64,000 bases of DNA, from NCBI GenBank assembly GCA_965603825.1, contig CBFDEM010000062.1, positions 62,001 through 126,000 of the forward strand, read 5' to 3'. Shown in pieces: positions 10,855 to 20,762 of the stretch; the stretch's first letter is position 1, and each line of letters begins with the position of its first letter. The notes below the pieces were generated by a model that saw only the letters and a list, made by a program, of their open reading frames with translations, was not told the DNA's origin and searched no databases. Position numbers and translations under genes: made by a program. The stretch comes from Blepharisma stoltei ATCC 30299 (Eukaryota > Protista > Ciliophora).

Positions 10855-12672
10855 ATGGATCAATTGAAGTGTATTATAGAAGGTTGCCAAAATCATCCTG
10901 TTTACATATGCGATTGTGAAGAAAATAATATGATTTGCATTCCGCATCTTGGCCCTCATATAATACCTGATGCATTTAGGCATCATATATTAGAGCTTTA
11001 TGTTAAGCCTTATTCGAGAACTGTAATATCTGTCAGGTCATTCTTAGAAAATTGCCAAGAAGAGCTATTATTTGCAAGAAACACGATCTTAGAAAAGTCT
11101 AGTTTCAAAGTTGCAAAAATTAATGAAATAATTCCAGAATCCCTTAAGCAGATAAATGGTGACATAAAACAGGTCAAAAAATGTTTAAATAATCTCAACA
11201 ATTTATCCGATATTCCAAGAAATACAGAAGATGAATTTTATCAAGCACTTTTACTTTCTGGAGAAGAAGCTATTAATAAAATCAAATCAAGTACATGTAA
11301 ATTTTCAGATTATAAAAGCATTCTCTGCAACCTATTTACAGAAGTTGATATAGAATCCATTGTTGAGAGACAAGTACAGGAAAAGTTTGATATGTTTTTA
11401 AAATTAAGCCTTGAAAATGCAAATAAAGCCTGTAAAGAGAAGGTTTACGACTTAGAAACTTCATTACATAAATACATTAGGACAAAAGTCAAGGACATAG
11501 AATATAATTTTTCCAAAAAAACAACAGAAAATATAAGAGAAATTGATAAAATAAAAACAACAAACGCAAGTTTTAAAAACAAAATTGATGAAATAGAAAG
11601 AAAACTTGCTGAAATGGTAAAGCAACACTCCAAAATAAATACAGAAAATAAAAAAGAAATTGATGAAATCAAAGCAAAAATTTCAAATTTTAATAGTGAT
11701 TTATCTCAGAATATTAGCTATATCCAAAATTTAAATACAACTTGTAATCAAAAAATCGATGAATTAGAAAAAAGAATATCTGAAAAAGTTGGCATCGAAT
11801 CTGATAAGATAAAGAGCGAATTAAATATATTTGTACTAAAGGGAAATTTCTTTACTGAGATTAATAATTTATCCCTAGGCATATCAGCAATAAACAAAAA
11901 GCTAGATACTTATGAAACAAAGTCTCAAGAAATAGAAAATAAATCTAAAGCTGAAATATGTAAACTGAACAAAATAATTACTGAAATTGAAAAAGAAGTC
12001 AAAAAAAAAGCCAAAGTGCATGGAGAAAGAGCTGCTGTCAATCAAACTAAATCAAAATTATCATCTAGCATAAAACAAAATTCCGAAATTGATATGAAAA
12101 AAAATACTTTGGAGAAGAGTCAGACGATGCCAAATCTTTTATTCTCTTCTCCTAGAGAGAAAACCTCACTATCCAGTAGCCAAATGGCTCTCGAAATAAA
12201 TATTGCAGCTAAAGAATGCAGTAACTCAAAGCACAGCGTTGATTATCATTTGCTAGAATGCCCTGAAAGCCATTGTATTGATTGCCTTAAAAATTATATT
12301 AACGAAAGAAATGGCCTACAAAGAGACTTTTATTGCCATCATGGAAAAAAATTTGGAAACTTCGAAGTAAAACTTATAGAAATGGAAGCTGAGAAGAAAA
12401 AAAACTTAGACTTAAATAAATTTTCTTCTCCTCGTGCTGTCAATATTGCTAAAAAGCTTGAGATAAATACCCAAAACTTTGATAGAAATGCACAAACTCC
12501 TACAGTAAAGCAAATTCCAAGCTATATATCTAGTGAAAGATCAGCAATACCGACTAGAGCAAGTGAAAAAAATATGTATAGTGATTACTCAGTATTGGAG
12601 AGCCCTAGAATTGATATGCGTTTTCAGCGCACTCCTTCAAAAAAAACAATCATGAGCTTTAAAGAAGAATAG
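10855..12672 (+). CDS. Zn-finger/coiled-coil family gene A, copy 2 (intact, 605 aa)
   Basis: ATG at 10855; N-terminal Cx4C..CxC..CxxH, long coiled coil, C-terminal Cys/His cluster. Confidence 0.8.
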   Translation: MDQLKCIIEGCQNHPVYICDCEENNMICIPHLGPHIIPDAFRHHILELYVKPYSRTVISVRSFLENCQEELLFARNTILEKSSFKVAKINEIIPESLKQINGDIKQVKKCLNNLNNLSDIPRNTEDEFYQALLLSGEEAINKIKSSTCKFSDYKSILCNLFTEVDIESIVERQVQEKFDMFLKLSLENANKACKEKVYDLETSLHKYIRTKVKDIEYNFSKKTTENIREIDKIKTTNASFKNKIDEIERKLAEMVKQHSKINTENKKEIDEIKAKISNFNSDLSQNISYIQNLNTTCNQKIDELEKRISEKVGIESDKIKSELNIFVLKGNFFTEINNLSLGISAINKKLDTYETKSQEIENKSKAEICKLNKIITEIEKEVKKKAKVHGERAAVNQTKSKLSSSIKQNSEIDMKKNTLEKSQTMPNLLFSSPREKTSLSSSQMALEINIAAKECSNSKHSVDYHLLECPESHCIDCLKNYINERNGLQRDFYCHHGKKFGNFEVKLIEMEAEKKKNLDLNKFSSPRAVNIAKKLEINTQNFDRNAQTPTVKQIPSYISSERSAIPTRASEKNMYSDYSVLESPRIDMRFQRTPSKKTIMSFKEE

Positions 12673-12680
12673 AAAAAGAG

Positions 12681-13019
12681 CTAATTAAAATTAATAGTTA
12701 AAAGATAGCCAGCATTTCGCTGATATTCTAATTTATTTTTCCTATTGTGGAATAGCTCATTAAGATAGAAACTTGACTTCTTAGGCATTCCATTGGCATT
12801 TTTATAAACTTTTTCCATTAAACTATTCATTCTCAACTTGAAACAAATATTTGTGTTGATTGATAAACAATGAGAAAGGTTGTCTAAATTAATGTAAAAA
12901 TCATAGTTTTGAATATATTTTACAAAATAATAATTCCTTAAATCAGCAGTGACATATAGCTTGGAGTTGGCTTGCTTGAACATCCCATATGCTGAATAGA
13001 TTTTTCTAGGGTTAAACAT
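12681..13019 (-). CDS. Small hypothetical protein D (112 aa)
   Basis: Open ATG-TAG frame; paralog at ~8440-8785 shows codon-sized indels but lost its start and gained a TAA. Confidence 0.4.
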   Translation of the reverse strand: MFNPRKIYSAYGMFKQANSKLYVTADLRNYYFVKYIQNYDFYINLDNLSHCLSINTNICFKLRMNSLMEKVYKNANGMPKKSSFYLNELFHNRKNKLEYQRNAGYLLTINFN

Positions 13020-13051
13020 TTATAATCTTATGTATCGTTAAGTTAATATAA

Positions 13052-13938
13052 ATGAAAAAAGTGAAATTTGATATAAATAGAAACGAAAGATTCAATCAAG
13101 CTAAAAATAAATTAGCCTCAGATTCTCATCTGCCTAATGATCCTAGTTGCAAAGCTAAAGGTCCTCGTTCTTATTCTGAAAGTCCACGTGCAGGTACCAT
13201 TCCTGTTAAGCCAAAACCCATAATTGTAGAATCGTTCAAAAAGTCCTTAATAAATATGGAAGAAAAATTCAATTCTTATAAAAAAGAAATCATAAATCAA
13301 AATAAGGAATTAATAGAAAAAATTGAGGAAAATTTAAATAGAAGACTCAAAATAATTGATGATAGCTTAGATATTATAGAAAACGCTTTACTTGATCTTA
13401 CCGATCTGAATAAAATAAAAAACAATAAGAAGCTTTACCAAGCGCTTTTGAATTCTGATCTAGAAGCAGCAATAAATAAAATTAATGCAGATCTATTTAA
13501 AGTCTCAGAGAGCCAAAATATCACGGACTTGTTTTATCCAAGAAATGATATATGAGCCGTCAAGAATACAAAAACAAGCCAAGAGCTTAGAAGTGCCCTA
13601 GAAGCCTTGGAAAAATTCAGGTGTGAAATACCCAATATGATTAAAAATACGTTAATTAATACTATTGATGGAAAATATAATGATCAAAGAACAGTAATTT
13701 TATCATATGAAAGAGCAGGAAAAAAATTCGAAGAGAGAGCCAAAATGGGGTGTAATTTTTCTTATGAAAATAATAAAAAATTGGATAGCCATAAAACAAA
13801 TTCTCAACATTTAGTGAAAATAAGGCTTCCAAACTATTTATTATGGCGCAAATCTTTTTTGTCCTTAGTATTGTGATGGTCTTTCTTTACAAAAACGGTC
13901 CGCAAATGGTTAGAAGTGCAATTGCTCAAAGCTATTAG
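13052..13938 (+). CDS. Family gene B, copy 2 (1-nt frameshift near 13806)
   Basis: Reads through TGA 13553; CAAC versus CAAAC in copy 1; corrected frame gives TM segment and TAG at 13936. Confidence 0.65.
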
Positions 13939-14013
13939 AATTAATAATAAAATCATTAGCTATGATAATTAATATTTTATTTATCAAAATAAATCCATAT
14001 TTAATAAATTATA

Positions 14014-15096
14014 ATGGAAGTTTTCAAATGTTCTGTAGAATCATGCGAGAATGAGCCTCAATATAAGTGTAATTGTCAACCTAATACTTTATTTTGCCAA
14101 GTGCATTTTAGCTTAGACAAGCATATTGCTCCTGGCTCTAGGCACGGGTTAGTATCTCTTTGTGTTATGCCTGAGCCCCGAATTGTAGAATCAGTAAGAT
14201 CATTCATAGAAGAAAAGCTAAAGGCTATATGGGCTGAAGAAGTCTTAATCTTAGCTAAACATTCTTTTAAAATTTCAGAAGCTGAAAAACAAATAGCAAA
14301 TTACTTAGAGAAAACAAGCCATATTGAAAGAGAATTAATAAGTTTTGCAAATGAGCTGAATAATCTGAGGCCAAGCCCAAGAAATGCAGAAAATGATTTT
14401 TTTAAAGCTCTTTTGGCTTCTGAGGATAAAGCAATTAACAAAATTGGGCTTACATGCGACTTTGCATCAGAATATAAAAACCGCGTCAATTTCTATGCAA
14501 AATTTGACGCCGAAACATATATTAAGAAAATTATGTGCCAAAATGCTGGTAATATTATAAATCAAAAACTAGCAGAAGCAGAGGAAAACTTAAAAAAAGA
14601 ATTTGAAGAAATTAATAAGAAAAACTTAAAAGAGCAAGAAGAAAAAATTAAAAAAATTAAGGATGAATTTTATTTAAAAATACAAAATATTGAAACACAA
14701 AATTCAGAGTTAAAGGGACGAAATGAAAATTTAACCAAAAAATTAGAACAAATTTCTAATATAAAAATAGCTCAAAAATGTATCAGTTCAGAGCATAATG
14801 CAGATTTTAAAATAATCAATTGTGATCAAAGCCACTGCTCGCACTGCCTTTGGGGCTTTTATAATAATTCATTAATGAAAAGAGGTGAATTATATTGTGA
14901 GCATGAGAAAAGTCTGTTATTTGAGGATGTAGCAAATTTAAATAAAGCTCGTATTAGAAAGATGCGAATTTCTAATTGCAAAAAAAGGACACATAATGCA
15001 TGCGCCTTGCTGTCTGGAATACTATTGTATGGGTTTTTACTATTTTTAGCATTTATGGGATGTTTTGCCCAAATCAAACTCACTAAGCATTATTAA
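14014..15096 (+). CDS. Zn-finger/coiled-coil family gene C with C-terminal TM
   Basis: Same N- and C-terminal Cys/His clusters and FFKALL.S...AINKI motif as genes A/B. Confidence 0.8.
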   Translation: MEVFKCSVESCENEPQYKCNCQPNTLFCQVHFSLDKHIAPGSRHGLVSLCVMPEPRIVESVRSFIEEKLKAIWAEEVLILAKHSFKISEAEKQIANYLEKTSHIERELISFANELNNLRPSPRNAENDFFKALLASEDKAINKIGLTCDFASEYKNRVNFYAKFDAETYIKKIMCQNAGNIINQKLAEAEENLKKEFEEINKKNLKEQEEKIKKIKDEFYLKIQNIETQNSELKGRNENLTKKLEQISNIKIAQKCISSEHNADFKIINCDQSHCSHCLWGFYNNSLMKRGELYCEHEKSLLFEDVANLNKARIRKMRISNCKKRTHNACALLSGILLYGFLLFLAFMGCFAQIKLTKHY

Positions 15097-15611
15097 ATAT
15101 TGCCCATTAATAAATTGATTTCAAAATTAGTATGCATTGAATTGCCTTAATCTACATTAAAAACAATAATAAGGCTTTCTATCATTTTAGGAGTAGTAAT
15201 AAGCTGATAATTAAAACCTTTAAAATAATATGATTAATATTAAAGTTTAAATATTCTATTGACAAAAGTGAGAGAAATTTCTATGATTTTTAAAGGTGAG
15301 TAATTATTTCTGATGCAATAGGACACATCTAGCAGAACTTAAGTTATTTCTTAAGGAATCAATTAGTAATTGCTTATTTATTGCTGAGTAAAAGTTTTAT
15401 AATTCAAGCACTATCCTATTTTCTTATAGTGAGAAGCCCAAAAAGGCTGCAATAAAACAATGAAATTTCATAAGTATATAAATAATATAATTAGTATCAT
15501 TTTTGTTATTGATATTTGATAATTCTACTATGAAATTAAATTTATCCTAACTCAAATCTCTTATAGAGAGCCAACCATCTCTTGATTATTAATGGTTCTT
15601 GCATTAATTAA

Positions 15612-16520
15612 ATGGGATCTTGTTGTGGTAAACAATCCAAACCTCATAAACCTAAAGAAGTCTACATCCAACTGCCATCACCTGCTTTCAATAAAAATAC
15701 CAAAACCTCTCAAAAATCAGCTAACCCTTCCCCAACTCCCAAAGAAAAGCCCAAAAAACAACTCTTAATTACTTGCAAACACCCTTCATTTCAAATTTTC
15801 GTTGATTACAAATCTCATATGCCTCTTTATAGTCTCAAAGACGCAGTCTCTAAATCATTTCCAGACATTGATTTTTCCCGTTATTCCATCAACAAAGGAA
15901 ATTTAGAACTCTTAGAGCATACAGCCCAACTTAAAGACCTTGGGATAGTTTCAGGGGACGAACTTTGCTTTCGCCGGCTCAAAGAAGTCCATTTCCCTTC
16001 AGTGGAGCCTCAGAATATTCGTTTGCATTCTTCAATGAACAATGCGTCAATCCAAAGCGCTGATTTTAATATAAAAGACACAGAAATGGACATCGCTCAT
16101 AGCATCTTAGAAGAAATTTCAGAAGAAGAAACAACAAAACATGACGTGGCTGCAAGTAAGGCAAAAGTGACAATGCAAAAACTTAACAGTAACTCAACGT
16201 CAAAGTCGCCGAAAAGTTCAGCAAAAACACTGTGGGGAAGCGCTTTATTGTCCCCAAGTATCAAGAAGTTTGTAATAAATAATCAAAATGACTTGAGTAT
16301 TGCATCAAATAATACTCATGATTTTTCGTTCAAAGAAAAGAAAATACCTAATTTAAACGTTGGATTCAAAATTGAAGGAAATTCACAAAGCGGAATAGCA
16401 GATTCTGAAGAGAGCTTTAATACTGGAAACCAAGGAACTGATAGAAGTAACCCTGCTAAGCATCCAACAGATTTTTTCAAAGATTTACAAGGGCCGTTTT
16501 TTATGTTCAAGAATATGTAA
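15612..16520 (+). CDS. Dual-acylated protein with probable ubiquitin-like domain
   Basis: MGSCCG N-terminus; L.DLGI.SGD.L Ubl-type signature. Confidence 0.6.
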   Translation: MGSCCGKQSKPHKPKEVYIQLPSPAFNKNTKTSQKSANPSPTPKEKPKKQLLITCKHPSFQIFVDYKSHMPLYSLKDAVSKSFPDIDFSRYSINKGNLELLEHTAQLKDLGIVSGDELCFRRLKEVHFPSVEPQNIRLHSSMNNASIQSADFNIKDTEMDIAHSILEEISEEETTKHDVAASKAKVTMQKLNSNSTSKSPKSSAKTLWGSALLSPSIKKFVINNQNDLSIASNNTHDFSFKEKKIPNLNVGFKIEGNSQSGIADSEESFNTGNQGTDRSNPAKHPTDFFKDLQGPFFMFKNM

Positions 16521-16774
16521 TTTAAAATAATTAATGCTGAATTTTGATTTTATTTTAGGCATATTCTGCCAAATTTATACTGATAAAACTTCTTTTAATA
16601 ATTAACCAAGTTTATGCTATTAAATTATGTTTATAACTGGCCTTACCTATCAATTTATATACAAAACCAAGAAGAGAATGCACGAATACTTTGCATTTTA
16701 AAAAACAAAATATAAATATTTTAAATATTTTATTATAAATAATAATGATAAAATCAATGATTTTAAGATAATAA

Positions 16775-17239
16775 ATGAAGGCCATATTAGCATCTATTAT
16801 CCAGTCAAGAACTACTTCACTCTACCCCTCCGAATTCAAACCAGCCTGTGAAGGTCGTGAAAAAAAAGCATTAGGAAACCAATTCAACCTAAATCAATTT
16901 GGCGTAAATCTAGTAAAACTTCTTCCAGGCGCAGCTTCATCTCAAAGGCATTACCATCTTCAAGAAGATGAATTTATTTACGTTCTATCAGGAAATATCA
17001 CTCTCGTTATAAATGAAGGAGAAGAAATCTTATCCCCTGGTATGTGCTGTGGATTTAAAGCAGGTGATCCTAACGGACACCAATTAATTAATAAAACAGC
17101 TGAACCTGTAGAATACCTAGAAATCGGCACAAGGAGCTTAAATGATGAAATTATTTACCCAGACATTGATTTACAAGCTTTTAAAGAAAATGGAAATGCT
17201 AGATTTACTCATAAAGATGGAACGCCCTACACTGAATAA
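16775..17239 (+). CDS. Cupin-domain protein, bacterial type
   Basis: FGVNL..L.PG..SS.RH.H..EDEF.YVLSG, GF.AG..NGH.L.N and YPDIDL motifs. Confidence 0.85.
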   Translation: MKAILASIIQSRTTSLYPSEFKPACEGREKKALGNQFNLNQFGVNLVKLLPGAASSQRHYHLQEDEFIYVLSGNITLVINEGEEILSPGMCCGFKAGDPNGHQLINKTAEPVEYLEIGTRSLNDEIIYPDIDLQAFKENGNARFTHKDGTPYTE

Positions 17240-17323
17240 AAAACCCTAATATCTTTTTCTATAATTCTCGCATGTTTTTTAAAATTTTCTAATAAATTAT
17301 CCTTAATTTTCTAATAAATTACT

Positions 17324-17668
17324 TTAATCTGAAATTCTTTTATTCAAATTTATGCTTTCCCTTTTCAATACATGCAGCAACGTCTGCGAGCTTTCAAGGA
17401 TTTTCATATAAGCTCCTTCCGTTTCTTGTATGGTTTTATCATATTCATTTCTGGCTTGGATTTTCTTATTTAAGGTTTCTATCTAGAAAATACCATTGAC
17501 CCTTGCCAAATTTTCCCCTAAAGCTGCGATTTGTTTTTCCAGGGTGCTCTTTTCTCGCATGGTAGCTTGGATTTGCTCTTCTAAGCCATTTCGTTGGTCC
17601 TTAAGCTCTTCGAGGAAAGTGACCAGCTGGTTGTTATAGTTTTGGAGAGAAGCGCCTTGTGCGGTCAT
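17324..17668 (-). CDS. SSNA1: SSNA1/DIP13/NA14 centriolar coiled-coil protein
   Basis: [16 protein letters not shown]...[22 protein letters not shown] after removing intron 17479-17493. Confidence 0.92.
17479..17493 (-). other. 15-nt intron GTATTTTCTAGATAG
   Basis: Removal restores conserved SSNA1 C-terminal half. Confidence 0.92.
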
Positions 17669-17690
17669 TTTATTTAAAATTATTCCTTAT

Positions 17691-18648
17691 TTAACTATGG
17701 AAAGAATGAGAAATGCTTTGGGTGAATATATGTGACTCAATATTTCCAATTGATCTGCAAAATTCGAGGTAATCGATAGAGTTGGACCTGTCGATGTCAT
17801 ATTTTTGGAAGAAAGCATTCAAAAGTTCAGGGGATAAATTTACCCCAATTCTTGCTAGAGCTTCATGAAATTCATTTCTCGTCAAGTAGCCATTATCATC
17901 AATATCTACAAACTTAAAAACCCGTAATAACGCTTGTTCCTCAGTTTCATTCCCTATCATTCTCAATCTGACTTTATCTTTCAGCATAGTCTCAACAGTC
18001 GCCAAATCCCCAGCATTAACCTGATGCTGTTCTCCTATATTCCAAACACATTCCATCATTGACACAAATGCTTCGTCATCGTGTGGGTAGCTTGAGCTAA
18101 TATCTCTATATGTAAAGAAAAATTCTTGCTGAGTTATAATTCCATTTGGGCCTTTTTCGCTAGCATCAAAGGCGTCTAAAAATTTTGAGATTATTTCTTC
18201 TTCAGTTTTACGGCCACTTGCAACGTCAGGATGGTTTCTTACATTATAACTGTTATACAGAAAATCCAGGGTGATAGAATTTGAACCATTTCTATCAAGC
18301 TTTTCCCAGACTTGCTGGACGATATTTAATCGTCTAGAATTCAGCTCGGGGACTATTCCATCAATAAATTCAGATAAACTCAAAGTGCCATCCTTATTTT
18401 CTAAGTTAAAAAATACTATCAAAATGCCTCATAAGGTAGTTTACATCCATTCGTGAAAGGAAAAGACCGCTTGATGTCAAAAATTGTTCGAATTCTTCAC
18501 GATCAAGGGAAGTATTTTTATCCAAATCGTACTGGACAAACTTTTTTCGTAAGGCTTTGGTGCTGTTTTGGCCTTTATTTTTCAGTTGCATTTGGAGATT
18601 GAATTTGATCTCTTTGAGAGAGTTTGCAGACATAGAGGTTAGAGCCAT
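17691..18648 (-). CDS. Calcyphosin-like multi EF-hand protein (313 aa)
   Basis: Several EF loops; HPDV.SG.KTEEEI...FL calcyphosin motif; intron 18401-18416. Confidence 0.85.
18401..18416 (-). other. 16-nt intron GTATTTTTTAACTTAG
   Basis: Removal creates EF loop DKNKDGTLS..EF. Confidence 0.9.
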
Positions 18649-18671
18649 TTTATAACTGTTTAAAATTATTT

Positions 18672-19970
18672 CTAGTCTACATGTACCCTTGACTGGGACT
18701 GAGGGATTTGGCTAGTTTTAAGGCTCCTTTTTCTTTGTAATTTCTCAAGCGATCTATTAGACTGAGAAGAATGTCTTTCTAGGCTTCGCCGCTCCGGACT
18801 TAAAGACCCTAGCGCAGACTTCGGCCGAGATGCAGGTCTTTTTGAGCTTGGCCTTGATATAAATGACACGCTATTTCTAGTTTCCCTTGGCACTAAAAAT
18901 GATAAATCTGAGTTCGTCCTCCTTGATTTTTTTCTTTTAGGATTTTCTGGTATTTCTTGAAGTTCACCTGAAATAATATGCATTTCTGTTTCCAAAAAAT
19001 GCTGAATTAATGGACACTCTTCTGGGAAAAATCCTCGCATTAGCTTAATAGCATTTTGGCATAAATTTTCTCCAGGTTTTCTCTGGCTACTATACTTCAT
19101 TTCTGTTCCCATACAAAATTGGCTGATCGCCAATAAAGAAATTTTATATAAAATATAATCTTTTGTAAATTCAGCCTGAATTCCCATCCCATTCTTAAAA
19201 TCTTCAGTTTTTGTAGGGTTCATTATCATAATTTCTGCAATATTAAAATGATAAACTCATTCTGGATGCCCTCTAACACCTAAAGCTGACCTTAATTCAT
19301 TTCCTGATGGTAAAGCACCTTTCCTCAAATAATTTTCTATCGCAGCCAGTGTATTTGCAGCTCTTTTCAAAATTAACGACTTTTGGTCATTTTCTTGGGT
19401 AGGTTTTCGCTTGTTTTTCATTTTGTTAATTTGCTTTTTCCATGAAGCTACAGTCGATTCCAAGGCTGCTCAGGAATACTGATGAGCCATTCTAGCTTGT
19501 TTTAAAGCTTCCATATGGTTTCCTGTTCTTGAAAGAATTCCGCAGTACTGTAAATGGATTTTACATATATATTTTTGACGACGAATTTGGTCTTCTTCAG
19601 GCGATTTTTTTGACTTCATAATCCCAAAAGTCCCTGCGTTATATATGCAAGCATCTAAATACATTGAGCACTTTTTTCAGTCTCCGAGCCTATTTTATTA
19701 TTACTGTTGGTAGCATAAAGCCATGTTGTGAATTGTTGTAATAATTTGGTCAGGATCAGTTGAGCCGCCTTGAGTAGCGACGGCTTCCATTATTTCTTCA
19801 CTTCTTTTTAAAGAAACTAGAGCGGCTGCGTAGTTTCTGTCTTCTATATGCTGATATGCAAGTGTTTCACATGATAGGAGGATTGATGGGAGATCTGACT
19901 CACTTATAATGTCTTCTTTATTAGAAGTAAAAGAACTTTCAGAGCTTTTCCGTTGTACACGGTCATCCAT
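18672..19970 (-). CDS. Uncharacterised TPR-like protein (427 aa)
   Basis: Four ORFs join via intron 19690-19704 and TGA=Trp; TPR-like HNMALCYQ.LG. Confidence 0.7.
19690..19704 (-). other. 15-nt intron GTAATAATAAAATAG
   Basis: GT-AG, A at -6, frame restored. Confidence 0.8.
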
Positions 19971-20191
19971 TTTGACATATATTTGAAATCTAAATGAAAT
20001 TTCCTATTATACATAAAAATTTATTTGCTTTATTTTACTTTAAAAATAGAAGAAAATTTTCAGTTTTAAAAGTATTTTAAGTATGATTTTAGATTATTTA
20101 TTAATTTATTAAAGATTCAAATGCCTTCTTTTTAAATACCTTATAAGTTAATTAATAAAAACTATCATCAATTAGGAAATACAAAAAATCG

Positions 20192-20560
20192 TTATTGAGT
20201 GATATAAAAATATATGCATTTATATTCTTTAGCATCTGGTTCCCAAGATCTCTTCAAGTAAAACTGCACATCAGCTGCGCTAATATATTTGCAATCAATT
20301 GTACAGGATATAGTAAAGGTTTGAGTGCCCCCAGAGCCAACAACGTCTGTGGAATTTGGAGTATAGTTTCCTTCTAAATTATCAGTATATAATGGTCCTA
20401 ATGAACTTTGGTCTATATATCAACTATAGCCTGTTGTTGGATTAGAAGAAACGCTAACTTCAACTGACCCTTCTGAACTTATAATAACCTCACATGCATT
20501 ATCAATATTCCATTCAGCATTACACAGCAATAATATCGCGGCAATAAAGGGTATCTTCAT
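20192..20560 (-). CDS. Chagasin-like cysteine protease inhibitor (I42), secreted, 122 aa
   Basis: Not in ORF track; signal peptide, NPTTGYSW (W=TGA), VVGSGG and RSWE motifs. Confidence 0.85.
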
Positions 20561-20762
20561 TTAAATTACAAATTTTTATTCTGATCAGGAAATAAATTTA
20601 TAGGTTTACCTATTAATGAAATATTTAAAAATGTCATATTTTGTTATCTAACTTTCAGTTATTTGCATATTAAAATTAATTTTTTTAAATAATTATTATT
20701 TGGCCTAGCCATTAAGGATTATTTTTCGTAAACAATTTAATAAAAAGAATAAATTAAGTAGC

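Larger units (their letters stand above)
10110..14253 (+). repeat. Tandem segmental duplication, copy 2
   Basis: Colinear with 5438-10026. Confidence 0.9.
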
